Assembly: GCF_001194135.2 (NCBI RefSeq)
Contig: NC_068987.1
Coordinates: 55,042,270 to 55,106,269, forward strand
Source of the DNA: Octopus bimaculoides
Lineage: Eukaryota
Direction of reading: 5' to 3'
Length of the DNA stretch: 64,000 nucleotides
Part shown: one piece after another, positions 39,831-52,445 of the stretch
Layout: every line of letters starts with the position of its first letter
Numbering within the stretch: position 1 is the stretch's first letter
The notes under the pieces: model-generated
Told to the model about the DNA's origin: nothing
Seen by the model: only the letters and a program-made list of their open reading frames with translations
Database searches by the model: none
Program-made: the position numbers and the translations under genes

Positions 39831-40279
39831 ATGCGCTGGCAAAATCATCACAGCACCAGACAAAATACTTACTGGCATTTCATCTATGTGTTTCAAGTTC
39901 AAATTCTGCCAATCATCTTTTCAGGGTCAGTGAAATAAATGCCAGCATTATTCCATGCTACTTCTAAAAGAAGTTATAATTTTGATTCATTTTTTTTTTT
40001 GTTTACCTGCACACACACAGGCACACACACGCACGCACGCAATCACTCCTTACTGTCATGAAAGCAGTAGAGACAGTGCACTCGCATTATGTAATGTAGT
40101 TTTAGATATGCAAAGGATGGAGCATGTGTACGGAGATCAAATATTGTGAATCACTGCTGACATGATAGCAGCAATAACTTCAACATAGAAAAAAAAGATT
40201 TTAATGCTGTGTGTGTGTCTGTCTATCTATTTATCTCCCTCCCTCACTCCCTCTCATGCCACTATCTCTCTCACTCCAC

Positions 40280-40410
40280 CCTTCCTCTCACAATTTTCTC
40301 TCCCTCTCTCACACTTTCCCCTCCCTCTCTCACAATTTCCCCTCCCTCTCTCACAATTTCCTCTCCCTCTCTCACAATTTCCTCTCCCTCTCTCATACTT
40401 TTCTCTACCT
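40280..40410. repeat. 21-bp CT-rich minisatellite, about 6 units
   Basis: TCCCTCTCTCACAATTTCC(C/T)C repeated. Confidence 0.85.
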
Positions 40411-41172
40411 CTCACTCTTTTCTCTCCCTCTCCTCATTCTTCCCCCTCCCTCTCTTTTCACAGTGTCTTTAGACATATCAATGTAAGTTATAGCATTTAT
40501 GACCCTTTAATCAGGAGGGAGGGATGATACTCAGGGCTTATGATACTGGTGGGAGACCTTTCCTAAATGCTTGCAGTAGAATGAACTCTCCTAAAATCAC
40601 CTGATGTTTATATTGAGTGTGGCTGTTTTCTTCCTAACCACATGGTTCCAGATTCAGTCTCACTGTGTGGCATTTTGGGTTAGTGTCTTCTTTTAAAACT
40701 TAACAGTAACCAAAGCCTTTTGGGTGGATTTGATTTAATTGACAGAAACTGAAAGATATATGCGTGCGTGTTTTTGCATCTTCTTTTCTTGACATAGTGT
40801 GAAAATTGTAAATGAGTGTTGCTCTCATACAATTGAGGTCATTCATTTCCAATATTCCGTTAAAGCATATCTAGCCATGGTGAAATATTTATTTCGCTTG
40901 GAAACAAGTGAGGGTTGGCAACAGAAAAGATATCCAGCCATTGAAAACCTGCTTCAGTAAACTCCATCCAGCTCATACAGGCATAGAAAAATGGATGGTA
41001 AAACTCTGTGTGTTTGTGAAGCATTCTAACTGGCTATTAGAGGGATGTGAGTTCGATTCTCATGGCTGGCTGCCGACAAATTTTTCTGCTTTTAAAAAGA
41101 AAAATGGATTTTATCCTTTATATCTATACTGTTCAGTATCTATGCGTTGAATAAAATTTATCTTTCTACTTG

Positions 41173-41205
<33 letters not shown>

Positions 41206-43149
41206 NNNNNNNNNNNNNNNNNNNNNNNNNNNNNNNNNNNNNNNNNNNNNNNNNNNNNNNNNNNNNNNNNNNNNNNNNNNNNNNNNNNNNNNNNNNNNNN
41301 NNNNNNNNNNNNNNNNNNNNNNNNNNNNNNNNNNNNNNNNNNNNNNNNNNNNNNNNNNNNNNNNNNNNNNNNNNNNNNNNNNNNNNNNNNNNNNNNNNNN
41401 NNNNNNNNNNNNNNNNNNNNNNNNNNNNNNNNNNNNNNNNNNNNNNNNNNNNNNNNNNNNNNNNNNNNNNNNNNNNNNNNNNNNNNNNNNNNNNNNNNNN
41501 NNNNNNNNNNNNNNNNNNNNNNNNNNNNNNNNNNNNNNNNNNNNNNNNNNNNNNNNNNNNNNNNNNNNNNNNNNNNNNNNNNNNNNNNNNNNNNNNNNNN
41601 NNNNNNNNNNNNNNNNNNNNNNNNNNNNNNNNNNNNNNNNNNNNNNTATTCTTTGCATTATTTACAAAAAAGTATTATTTATATTATACTCTCTTAATCA
41701 ATGCATCTCCTTTTAAAATTTTTAAAAATCTTTCTGATCAGTTGTGGTTTGAAAAACATTTCTCTTTATTCATCTTTATCAAACTTTAAGGCTTCACTGT
41801 CTTATCTTTTTTTTTTTTATATTTTATTTTTATACCTTCACTAATGCCCTTGAGATCATATGAATGTCACACAATCTCATTTGAATCCTTTGTAATACAA
41901 TTCCAAGATATTTGGCCTAAGCTTGTGATTTATTTTAAGAACATTGAAATTCTTTAATGCATTTAGTTTAGTAAATTCAATTTTCTTCCCTTGATTCTGA
42001 GTTCAGATCCTGCAAGGATCAATTTTACTGAATGGAGAAGATAAAAAAAATGATGTAGCAAAACACTGACATGGCTGTGTGGTTTAAAAGTTTGCTTCCC
42101 AATCACATGGTTTCAAGTTCAATCCCACTGCATGGCACCTTGAGCAAGTTTATTTATTTTTGTTTTTGTTTTACTGCTTTAGCTCCTGGTCAACCAGAGC
42201 TTTGTAAGTGGATTTGGTAGATGGAAACTGAAAGAGGTCAGTCATGTATCTGTGTGTGCATGTGCACATCATTGCTTAGATACTGTGTAACAGTTTTAAA
42301 TGAGTGCTGCCTTTGTGCAGATGGTGTCATTCATTTTCAGTTTTCTTTGGAAAAATATCAGGCCATGGAGAACTGTTACCTTGCCTGGAAACAGGTGAGC
42401 TTTGATGACAAGGAGAATATCTGGCCGTAGAAAATTTGCCTCAACGAATTCCATTTAACTCATGTAAGACTGGATGAGTAATTATTAAAATGATGATGTC
42501 CTGGCTCTAACCAGTTCTTAGCGAATTATCCTTAAAATCAATGTATTCAACAAGTTGAAATGGGTGGTTTATTGAATTGTTTAAGAATACAGGGTGTGAC
42601 AAAAAAAAAAAAAAAAAAAAAAACTTGGCTTACCATTCTTGATAAACATTTCAAGTTAAACAGCAGGGGCATACAAGATGCACTAGACTTAAACCTTGAT
42701 GGAAACTTAAAAAAAAAAAAAAACCCAAATAAGTAAAATATTCAACTTCACAACTCCATTATTAGCTGCATGTCTTCAAAAGCAATGCAATAATACCCAT
42801 TTAAATTATAAAAGGTTTTCCTACTGCACCCAATGATTAGGTTTAGATCAAATCACACTGGTTTGAATTTTGTTGCTTTTCATTGTCATTAGGTAACTGG
42901 CAGAAACATTAGCACTTCAGACAAAATGCTTAGCAGCATTTCTTCCAGCCCTTAATATTCCAAGTTCCAATCCCATCAAGGCCAACTTTGGCTTTCATCC
43001 TTATGGGGTTGATAAAATAAGTACCACTCAAGAACTTGGGTCAGTATAATAAACTAGTTCCCTCCCTCAGCATCTCAGGTCCTGTGCTGATAGTAGAAAT
43101 TATTATGTGGATTGATATACTGGGATGCATTCAAGTATGTGTGTGTGTG

Positions 43150-43200
<51 letters not shown>

Positions 43201-44139
43201 TACTCACTGGCTAGAAAAAAATAAGTATTGTTTTTAGTTGAGAGAAATCATCTTACTGTTAGGGAGAGGAAGACTTAACAGTGTTGTCTTGTGCTGTTTC
43301 CTTTCTCGTCTCTTGATGTACTCTGTTAACATTCCACCTGAGGTCACCCCACCCCTCAGCTGTTAAAATAAGAGCCAATCTTCTACCCAGAAACAATCTG
43401 TCAGCAAATTTGTAACTTTGTTTCTTTGATCTTGAAAAACCACCTCCCTTCAAAATTGCTGGCTTTGTGCCTAAATTATAGCTCATCATCATCATTATTA
43501 CCTTTACAGTAATTGTTAAAACTATTATCAATGTTGTTAGCATCTTTGTTACTGTTTCTTCATTTCTCAATTATCTTGAAGTAAAAAAATATATATATAT
43601 ATCTTCACTTTAATTAAATTTCTGTAGTAATTTCCTTTGCATTTATCTTTCCTTCATTTTTTTTTTAATCATATCTTTATTTTCTATACATTATTATTTT
43701 AAGCTAAATTAACATTCCAATTTAACTGCCATCCAGTTAACTTATAGAAAAGAAGAAAAAGATTGTAATAATTGTGACATTTGGATAATAATTTTTTTTT
43801 TTTTTTTAATTTTATTTTATTGCTTTTGGAAACATTTCTATGTTAAAGAGGCATGAAACAATGTCAGAATTGATATTTTGTCTGTATAGCATTTTTGAAA
43901 TTAGATTCTGTTTGATATACAAAATAGGCCATTTTTGTATATATCTGGCTAGAGATTTCATATGAAACCAGTTGTTGAAACATGTATACATATATATAGT
44001 GTGTGTGTAGACACACACATATATATACATACATGTCAGTAAGAAGTAGTATTTTTTTCCTCAAAGATATAAATTATTATATTAAGACACAACTATGTTC
44101 ATCTTTGATCTTCTTTATTAATGAATGATAATATTTATT

Positions 44140-44185
44140 TAATTAATGTTTCAAGACCTCCACGCCCTCATCATCAGGAATTGAC
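44140..44185 (-). ncRNA. Decayed hammerhead-like motif
   Basis: Minus strand: CTGATGA T GAG..CTT GAAA C ATTA ATT followed by AATAAA. Stems I and III are damaged. Confidence 0.3.
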
Positions 44186-47100
44186 AATTGACAAGTCCCT
44201 TAACCCCTTGGGGCACTGCAGCCATGAAGTGTATCCTGGTGGAGCTCATCCTTCTCCAGGCTGAGCTTATTTCTACAGCTAAGCAGACTGGAGCAATGTG
44301 AAATTAAGTGTTTTGCTCAAGAACACAGCAGATCGCCCAGTCCAGGCATCAAAACCACAGTCTTATGATCGGGAATCCAACACCCTACCCACTAAGCGAT
44401 ACACCTCCACTAGTGGTAATCTTTTCTACAGCTAAGTGGACTGGAGCTATGTGAAATGAAATGTTTAGCTCAAGAATATAATGCATAACTTGGTCCAGGA
44501 ATTGAAACCACAATCTTACGATCATGAGTCCAGATCCTTTGCAACTTTCAGCAAAGGGTATAAACAACACACCATTATTTACTATCACTTTATTCTACTG
44601 ATAGGACTGAAGGTTTCAAAATGTTAATGGATTTAAGAAGACTCTCGTTCCAAATAAAGAACTAATAAGGATATATGAAAAATCCTTAATAAAAATGATC
44701 AAAATTGAACATAGTCATATCCCCAGGCCCTCTAGTTGTTTCCTTTACCGGACGGGCATGGCTGTATGGTAAGAAGCTTGCTTCCAACCACATGGTTCTA
44801 GGTTCAGTCCCACTGCATGATACCTTGAGCAAGTGTCCTCTACTATAGCCTCTACCAAAGCCTAGTGAGTGGATTTGGTAGATGGAAACTGAAAGAAGCC
44901 TGCTGTATATGTGTGTGTCAGTCTGTCTGTTTTTGTGTTTGTCCCCCCACTACTGCTTGGCAACCAATGTTGGTGTGTTTATGTCTCTGTAACTTAGTAG
45001 TTCGGCAAAAGAGACTGATAGAATAACTGCTAGGCTTTAAAAATAAGTCCTGGGGTCGATTTGTTCGACTTAAAAAAAAAAAAAAAAAAATCTTCAAGGC
45101 GGTGCTCTAGTATGGCCGCAGTCAAATGACTGAAACAAATAAAAGAATAGTCATGTCTGTAATATATGTAAGTATATTGTATTTTTACATAGTTGCTTGT
45201 TATTGAACACATTTTTGTTATTTTTTTTATTCCTATTTTTATTAAGTATTGAAAAAAGTTACTGTAGAATGTCAGTGACCAGGTAGCAAATATTTGATGA
45301 AAGACTTTAGTCAATAATAGTAGAACTTCTGTGTTAATTACCAAATATATTTCTAATATGGCTTCACTAAAATGCAATATTATGAAGATATATTACCTAA
45401 AGTTAAAATGTTCTTATGCAATCTAATGGTGGAAGCTGATGCTTTTGAGTTAGGAAAATATGAAGAATCTTATTAAAAGCTTAAGTTTTTGTTATTTTGT
45501 CATTTGTTTTTACTGAAAATTTTATTAGTATGTAGATTAAACATACACTGTTTCTCTTTTTTCCCAAAAATATGTCTTTTCATTCCATAATCTTGCTTTC
45601 AACTTAAAGCTTCCAATAAATTGCTTGTGACAATCAATTTTATTGGGTATAAAACTTCCAATATATACAGTTATTAATTATATCATCATCATCATCATTT
45701 TATATATCTGCTTTCTATACTGGCATGGATTGGATGTTTTGACTGGATGCTTTTACATGGACCCCAGCACTCAACTGGTGCTTATTTTATCGACCTCAAA
45801 AGGATGAAAAGTAAAGTCAACCTCGGTGGAATTTGAACTCAGAATGTAAAGGTGAATGGAAGCCACTAAGCATTTTGTCCAGTGATTCTTGCCAGCTTGT
45901 CACCTCTTTGTATTTGCTAATAATACAAAGCACAGGTGTAGCTAGGTGGCTAAGAAGTTTGCTTTGTAACTATGTGGTTTTGGGTTTGATCTCATGGCAT
46001 GTCGTCTTGGGCAAAGGTCTTCTTCTATAGCATCTGATGGACTAATGCCTTGTGAGTAAAATTTGGTGTACAGAATCTCTATGGCAGCCTGTTGCATGTG
46101 TGTGTGTGTTTCTTCATGTGTTTGCTTTTGAGATGACTTTGGCAGTGGTAACTCATGTCCTGTAAAAACAAGAACCCATGAGGTCACCATTTGAGGCTTT
46201 GGAATAAAATGCATCTGGCTCGAAAACGGGGGGCTGGTATCAAGAATGGCAGCCATCCTTAGAATACTGCTTCAAAAAGTGTAGTCCAACACATGGCAGC
46301 ATGGAAAAAAATGAATATAAAAATGGTGATGATGGTGTTGATCTTGATGCTTGCATTAATAAACTGTACACATAATTGGCTACTATCTTCAGTTATGTGG
46401 ATGAAACTTGTAAGTGCTAAGTGTACTGATTGTGTATAAACTACAGTTCCAAAGAGTGGATAGGCGTCATAAAATCTTTGGCTCACAGTCCAATACTCTC
46501 TAGATTTGACCTCCTATGGATTTTATGTGGCAATATGAATGTAAAAGCCTCTTTTAATTTCAATCTTATTATGATTGAAACTGCAATACAGCTCATATGC
46601 ATGCATTTCTATGCCAGTGCGTTAACAATTGTGCTTAAGTAGATGCATACTCACACACAAATGCTGAGTGAATTCATTAACAATTGTGTGTGTGTGTAGG
46701 CATATATACACACATACAGATGCACACATGCGTCATTTTACTCATACTGATAATCATAGAATCCATCAATCTACTGTGTATTTCTATAAATATGTATGAA
46801 TGTTTGTATGTATATTAAATTGAAGTAAAGAGGAAAGAAATGGAAAAAGAAAAATACGAAAGTCAATTTCAGATATATCTTCATTTAATAATAGCATTGA
46901 TGAATAATGAAACTAGAGATAATTTTAAAGCTTTCTGGTTTTGTTATTTGTTGAAATATTTCTTAATGGCGTATAACCACAATCAACACATGCTTATCTA
47001 TAAATGAATGTAGTTAAATATTATGGTATGGGATATTGCAAGAGAATGCATAAACCTTCAGCTGTTCTTTGTGCCCAACATATTTCAAATTTTCTACTCG

Positions 47101-47409
47101 GAAAGGTAAAAAATTAACAACAATAATAAAGTTTGAAAAACGACAATATAGAAAGTAAACCGCAAATAATGTTTTTTTTTTTATATATATATATTTTATG
47201 TTTTTAATTTTGCAATTTCTAAATGATAGCGTCATTGTTTACAGATCTTCAATGTGCCAGTCAGAAATTTACCACATTTTAACTGCATGAATGACAAGGA
47301 AGTATCTGTAATTCATTGCGGAGGACTTTGTTTGAGGGATACCACTTTTCTTCCAATGTTTACATTCTTTATTGATACACATTACTAAAAGAAAAGGAAA
47401 AAGGAAAAC

Positions 47410-47705
47410 TGGCATTCCGTTTGTTATGAGGGTTCCTGTTGATCCGATCAGCAGAACAGCCTGCTCGTGAAATTAACATGTAAGTGGTTGAGCACTCCAC
47501 AGTCATGCATACTCTTAATGTAGTTCTCAAGCAACTGCAGTGTGACAAAACTAGCTTTTTGAAATACAGATACTACTCATTTTCACTGGTGTAACATGAA
47601 ATAGAGTGTCTTGCCTAAGGATGCAACACACCAATGGGTATCAAGCCCTTCACTGTACAATCATAAGGCTAATACCCTAACCACTAAGTCATGTGCTTTC
47701 ACTAC
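47410..47705 (-). mobile_element. Older SINE with a CORE-type middle but the same 3' tail as the 57287 family
   Basis: The reverse complement has TCCTTAGGCAAGACACTCTATTTCATG followed by TTTGTCACACTG..GTTAATTTCACGAGCAGGCTGTTC..GATCGGATCAAC. Confidence 0.7.
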
Positions 47706-48177
47706 ACATTGCCAAAATATTTAAATGTCCTGTACATCCACCCATCATTTAACATCCATCATCCATGCTCAACGTGGGTCAACCAATTAGACTGCAGCAT
47801 ACTCTATTTTGGCATGGTTTCTATGACTGGATGATCTTCTCCATGTCATCTTTTTTTCAATTTCCATCTACCAAATCCACTCGCAAGGCTTTACTCAGCC
47901 TGAGGCTATAGTAGAAGACACCTGCCCAGGGTGCCATGTAGCGGGACTGAACCCAAAACCATGTAGTTGGGAAGCAAGTTTCTTATCACACAGTCATGCC
48001 TACACCTATATATTTGTGTGTGTCATCATCATCATCATTTAATGTCCGCTTTCCATGCTGGCATGGGTTAGATAAAAACTGGTAAGCCAGGGGGGGGGGG
48101 CTGATTTGGCAAGGTTTCTACAGCTGGATGCTCTTCCTAACGCCAACCATTCTGAGAGTGTAGTAGGTGTGTGTATA

Positions 48178-49387
48178 TCATCATCATCATCATCATCGTT
48201 TAACGTCCGCTTTCCATGCTAGCATGGGTTGGACGATTTGACTGAGGACTGGTGAAACCGGATGGCAACACCAGGCTCCAATCTAATTTGGCAGAGTTTC
48301 TACAGCTGGATGCCCTTCCTAACGCCAACCACTCAGAGAGTGTAGTGGGTGCTTTTNNNNNNNNNNNNNNNNNNNNNNNNNNNNNNNNNNNNNNNNNNNN
48401 NNNNNNNNNNNNNNNNNNNNNNNNNNNNNNNNNNNNNNNNNNNNNNNNNNNNNNNNNNNNNNNNNNNNNNNNNNNNNNNNNNNNNNNNNNNNNNNNNNNN
48501 NNNNNNNNNNNNNNNNNNNNNNNNNNNNNNNNNNNNNNNNNNNNNNNNNNNNNNNNNNNNNNNNNNNNNNNNNNNNNNNNNNNNNNNNNNNNNNNNNNNN
48601 NNNNNNNNNNNNNNNNNNNNNNNNNNNNNNNNNNNNNNNNNNNNNNNNNNNNNNNNNNNNNNNNNNNNNNNNNNNNNNNNNNNNNNNNNNNNNNNNNNNN
48701 NNNNNNNNNNNNNNNNNNNNNNNNNNNNNNNNNNNNNNNNNNNNNNNNNNNNNNNNNNNNNNNNNNNNNNNNNNNNNNNNNNNNNNNNNNNNNNNNNNNN
48801 NNNNNNNNNNNNNNNNNNNNNNNNNNNNNNNNNNNNNNNNNNNNNNNNNNNNNNNNNNNNNNNNNNNNNNNNNNNNNNNNNNNNNNNNNNNNNNNNNNNN
48901 NNNNNNNNNNNNNNNNNNNNNNNNNNNNNNNNNNNNNNNNNNNNNNNNNNNNNNNNNNNNNNNNNNNNNNNNNNNNNNNNNNNNNNNNNNNNNNNNNNNN
49001 NNNNNNNNNNNNNNNNNNNNNNNNNNNNNNNNNNNNNNNNNNNNNNNNNNNNNNNNNNNNNNNNNNNNNNNNNNNNNNNNNNNNNNNNNNNNNNNNNNNN
49101 NNNNNNNNNNNNNNNNNNNNNNNNNNNNNNNNNNNNNNNNNNNNNNNNNNNNNNNNNNNNNNNNNNNNNNNNNNNNNNNNNNNNNNNNNNNNNNNNNNNN
49201 NNNNNNNNNNNNNNNNNNNNNNNNNNNNNNNNNNNNNNNNNNNNNNNNNNNNNNNNNNNNNNNTTGTACCTGTGTTCTTTGCCTGTGAGGAACCTTGCAG
49301 AACCTCCTCTCCATCTTACTTCCTGGATGCAGCACATATCTACGCATCTCCGTTCAAGCATCTCAACAATTTCACCAGATCTACCTT
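48178..49387 (-). mobile_element. Young RTE-type LINE spanning an assembly gap: APE endonuclease N-terminus at 49264-49387, 3' UTR and (GAT)n tail at 48178-48356
   Basis: The minus-strand frame is (K)GRSGEIVEMLERRCVDMCCIQEVRWRGGSARFLTGKEHRY, an RTE APE motif-I region. On the same strand across the gap lies the CpG-rich GGAAGGGCATCCAGCTGTAGAAAC...GGACGTTAAACGATGATG tail. Linkage across the gap is inferred. Confidence 0.7.
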
Positions 49388-49685
49388 AGGAACATTTTGC
49401 TTAGCTTAATGGTACAGAGGACTCAGCTGGTATCTGATAGATATGGAATTTGATTCTCCATAGCCACCTTCTGGTAACTTTCTTTTGTCTTCTTAGGCTA
49501 AATAGCCAATCGTGCTCAGCTGTTTTCATAGCTATACTGCATTTGAAATTTACTTTCTTGTCTGTAATATATATATATATATATCTATATATATATATAT
49601 ATGGCAATATGAATGTAAAAGCCTCTTTTAATTTCAATTTTTTCTCTCCTTTTTCTCTCCTTTTTCCTTGTTTCTTTCTGTGTTC

Positions 49686-49721
49686 CTTTCTGTTGAAGAG
49701 CGTAGGCTCGAAACATGAAAG
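49686..49721 (+). ncRNA. Degenerate variant hammerhead-like motif of a three-copy repeat family (others at 22077-22115+ and 6546-6581-)
   Basis: CTTT CTGTTGA A GAGC-GTAG-GCTC GAAA C ATG AAAG. The inferred family consensus is CTTT CTGTCGA A GAGC GTAG GCTC GAAACGTC AAAG. About 90 bp of shared downstream sequence (..ACTAATACACC..CTTGTTGTTT..CCTGTCTT) links the copies. Confidence 0.45.
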
Positions 49722-51334
49722 ACTTTCTCTATTCCCAAGCGTGATACTAATACATCCATTTGTTGTTTACACCACCTGTCTTTGNNNNNNNNNNNNNNNN
49801 NNNNNNNNNNNNNNNNNNNNNNNNNNNNNNNNNNNNNNNNNNNNNNNNNNNNNNNNNNNNNNNNNNNNNNNNNNNNNNNNNNNNNNNNNNNNNNNNNNNN
49901 NNNNNNNNNNNNNNNNNNNNNNNNNNNNNNNNNNNNNNNNNNNNNNNNNNNNNNNNNNNNNNNNNNNNNNNNNNNNNNNNNNNNNNNNNNNNNNNNNNNN
50001 NNNNNNNNNNNNNNNNNNNNNNNNNNNNNNNNNNNNNNNNNNNNNNNNNNNNNNNNNNNNNNNNNACAGGAGTGGCTGTGTGGTAAGAAGCTTGCTTCCC
50101 AACCACATGGTTCTGGGTTCAGTTCCACTGCATGGCACCTTGGGCAAGTGTCTTCTACTATAGCCTCAGGCCGACCAAAACCTTGAATGGATTTGGTAGA
50201 TGGAAACTGAAAGAAGCCCGTCATATATATGTATGTGTGTTTGTGTTTGTTCCCCAACCATCGCTTGACAACTGGTGTTTGTGTGATTATGTCTCTGTAA
50301 GTTAGCGGTTTGGCAAAAGTGACTGATAGAATAAGTACTGGGGTCAATTTGCTCAACTAAAAGCGGTGCTCCAGTATGGCCATAGTTAAATGACTGAAAC
50401 AAGTAAAAGTACATATATGACAAGCTTCTGTACAGTTTTTGTCTATTAAATTCAACTAAAAAAAATATTGGTCAACTTGAGGCTATTGTGGATGACATTT
50501 GCATAAGGTGTCTCATTGGTGGAGTTGAAGCCAGAGTCATGTGGGTCTGCAATGCCAATTTCTTAACCACACAGCCATGCCTGTGTCCAGTTCTTTTCAC
50601 GGACTCACCATTCCATTGAAGTTGCTGTAGGGAAAAGTCACTTTTTAATGCTAGAAGCACTACCAGTAGTTTTCCAAATCACAGGTTGTGTCAATACATT
50701 TCGAAATCAATATCTACATGCAAAAAGAAAAACAAAATTATTTTAGATCGAATGAGATAAATTAATCAGTCTCGCTGTTTTATACTTTATTTATTGATTT
50801 CACTCATTTGTTTGTGACCATGCTGTAGCACCTATGTTAGACCTATAAACTGATTGGTTATCCTTTTTATTCTAGCATTAAGAACAAAATTGTTATTGTA
50901 ATCCTGTAAGGTTTGACAATAAAAATATATCTTAGCAGGAGCAGTATATAACAAGCCAGGTTTATAATACTGATTTTAGCCCTGCAAAACCCCCACCTCC
51001 TTTTTCTTTTTTTCTTTCCTTTCTTTTTTTAACACTTAGATTCACAAAGAGAGTCTGTTCTTATTTTATCAACCGTGGATAGATTAAAGGCAAAGTTAAT
51101 TGCAGTGCAGTTTGATCTGAGGATGTCAAAAGTTTTAAACTTGGTTTCTATTTTTCTGTCAGTGATAACAGTAACAGTGGTCAGGAAGGCATGTTGGCTG
51201 TGTATGTGTGTGTGGGGGGGGGGGCGAATGGAAGAGAAAGATATCTACTTTCTAGTGAAGTGCTGTAACCTTTACATTCCTTGGGTTTATCATCTATCAG
51301 ATTTCCCTTTTCTGCAGTAACAGTAATAACGATA

Positions 51335-52445
51335 ATGGTATCAAATTTTGGCTTAAGGCCAGAAAGATTTGGGAGAAAGGATTAGTTGGATATATCAACC
51401 CCAGCACTTGACTGCTACTTATTTTATCAACTTTGGTGGAAATTGGAAGTCTGTATGTAAAGAGTTGGAAGAAATGCCACTAATTTTTCGTGCAATGCAT
51501 TAATGACTACCTCAGTAATAAGAATAGCTTAAAATTTTGGCTCAAGGCCAGCAAAGTCAGAAAAGGGGGTAGATCAATTACATTGACCCCCAGAGATCAA
51601 TTAGGACTTAGTTTATTGACCCTTAAAGGTTGAAAGACAAAGTTGACTACAACAGCATTTGAACTAAGAATATAATGTCAGAAGAAACGCTGCTAAGCAT
51701 TTCACTTGACATACAATTGATTCTGCCAACTTGTCACCTCAATAATAATAATGGTTTCAAATTTTACAAGGGCAGTAATTTTGGGAAAGGGGATGAGTTG
51801 ATTACATCAACCCCAGTGTTCAACTGGTACTTAATTTATCGACCGCGAAAGGATGAAAGGCAAAGTTGACCTCAGTTGAATTTGAACTTAGAACATAGCG
51901 ACTGGTGAAATGTTGCTAAGCATTTCATCCAGCATGCTAACAACTCTGCCATCTCACTGCCATAATAATAATAATAATAATAATTATAATAATAATTATA
52001 ATAATAATAATTATAATAATAATAATAATAATAATAATGGTTTGAATTTTGGAACAAGGCCAGCAATTTTAAGGAAAGGTGTTACTCAATTACATTGAAC
52101 TCAGTGCTCAACTGGTACTTATTTTATCAGCCCCGAAGGAGATGAAAGGCTAAGTCAACCTCAGTGGAATTTGAACTGAGAACATACAGACAGACCAAAT
52201 GCCAACTCACCACCTTAATAATTGGTTTCAAATTTTGGCCCAGGGCTAGAAAATTTGGTGGGGAAAGATTAAGTGGATTCATCGCCCCCAATGATCAACT
52301 GGTACTTATTTTATCGACCCCGAAAAGATGAAAGGCAAAGTCGACCTTGGCGGAATTTGAAATGAAAATGTAAAGACAGACAAAATTCCACTAAACATTT
52401 AGTCTGATGTTCTAACAGTTCTGCCAGTTCACCACCAAAATAGTA
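51335..52445 (-). mobile_element. Head-to-tail array of five diverged S2 copies separated by (AAT)n; similar arrays at 36291-36950(+, x3), 39021-39470(+, x2) and 13195-13600(-, x2)
   Basis: Repeated CTGGTACTTATTTTATCGAC..AAGGATGAAAGGCAAAGTTGAC..GAATTTGAAC block about every 210-270 bp, with AAT runs at the junctions. Confidence 0.82.
51962..52037. repeat. (AAT)n microsatellite
   Basis: Direct inspection. It is the source of the poly-N and poly-Y ORFs. Confidence 0.95.
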
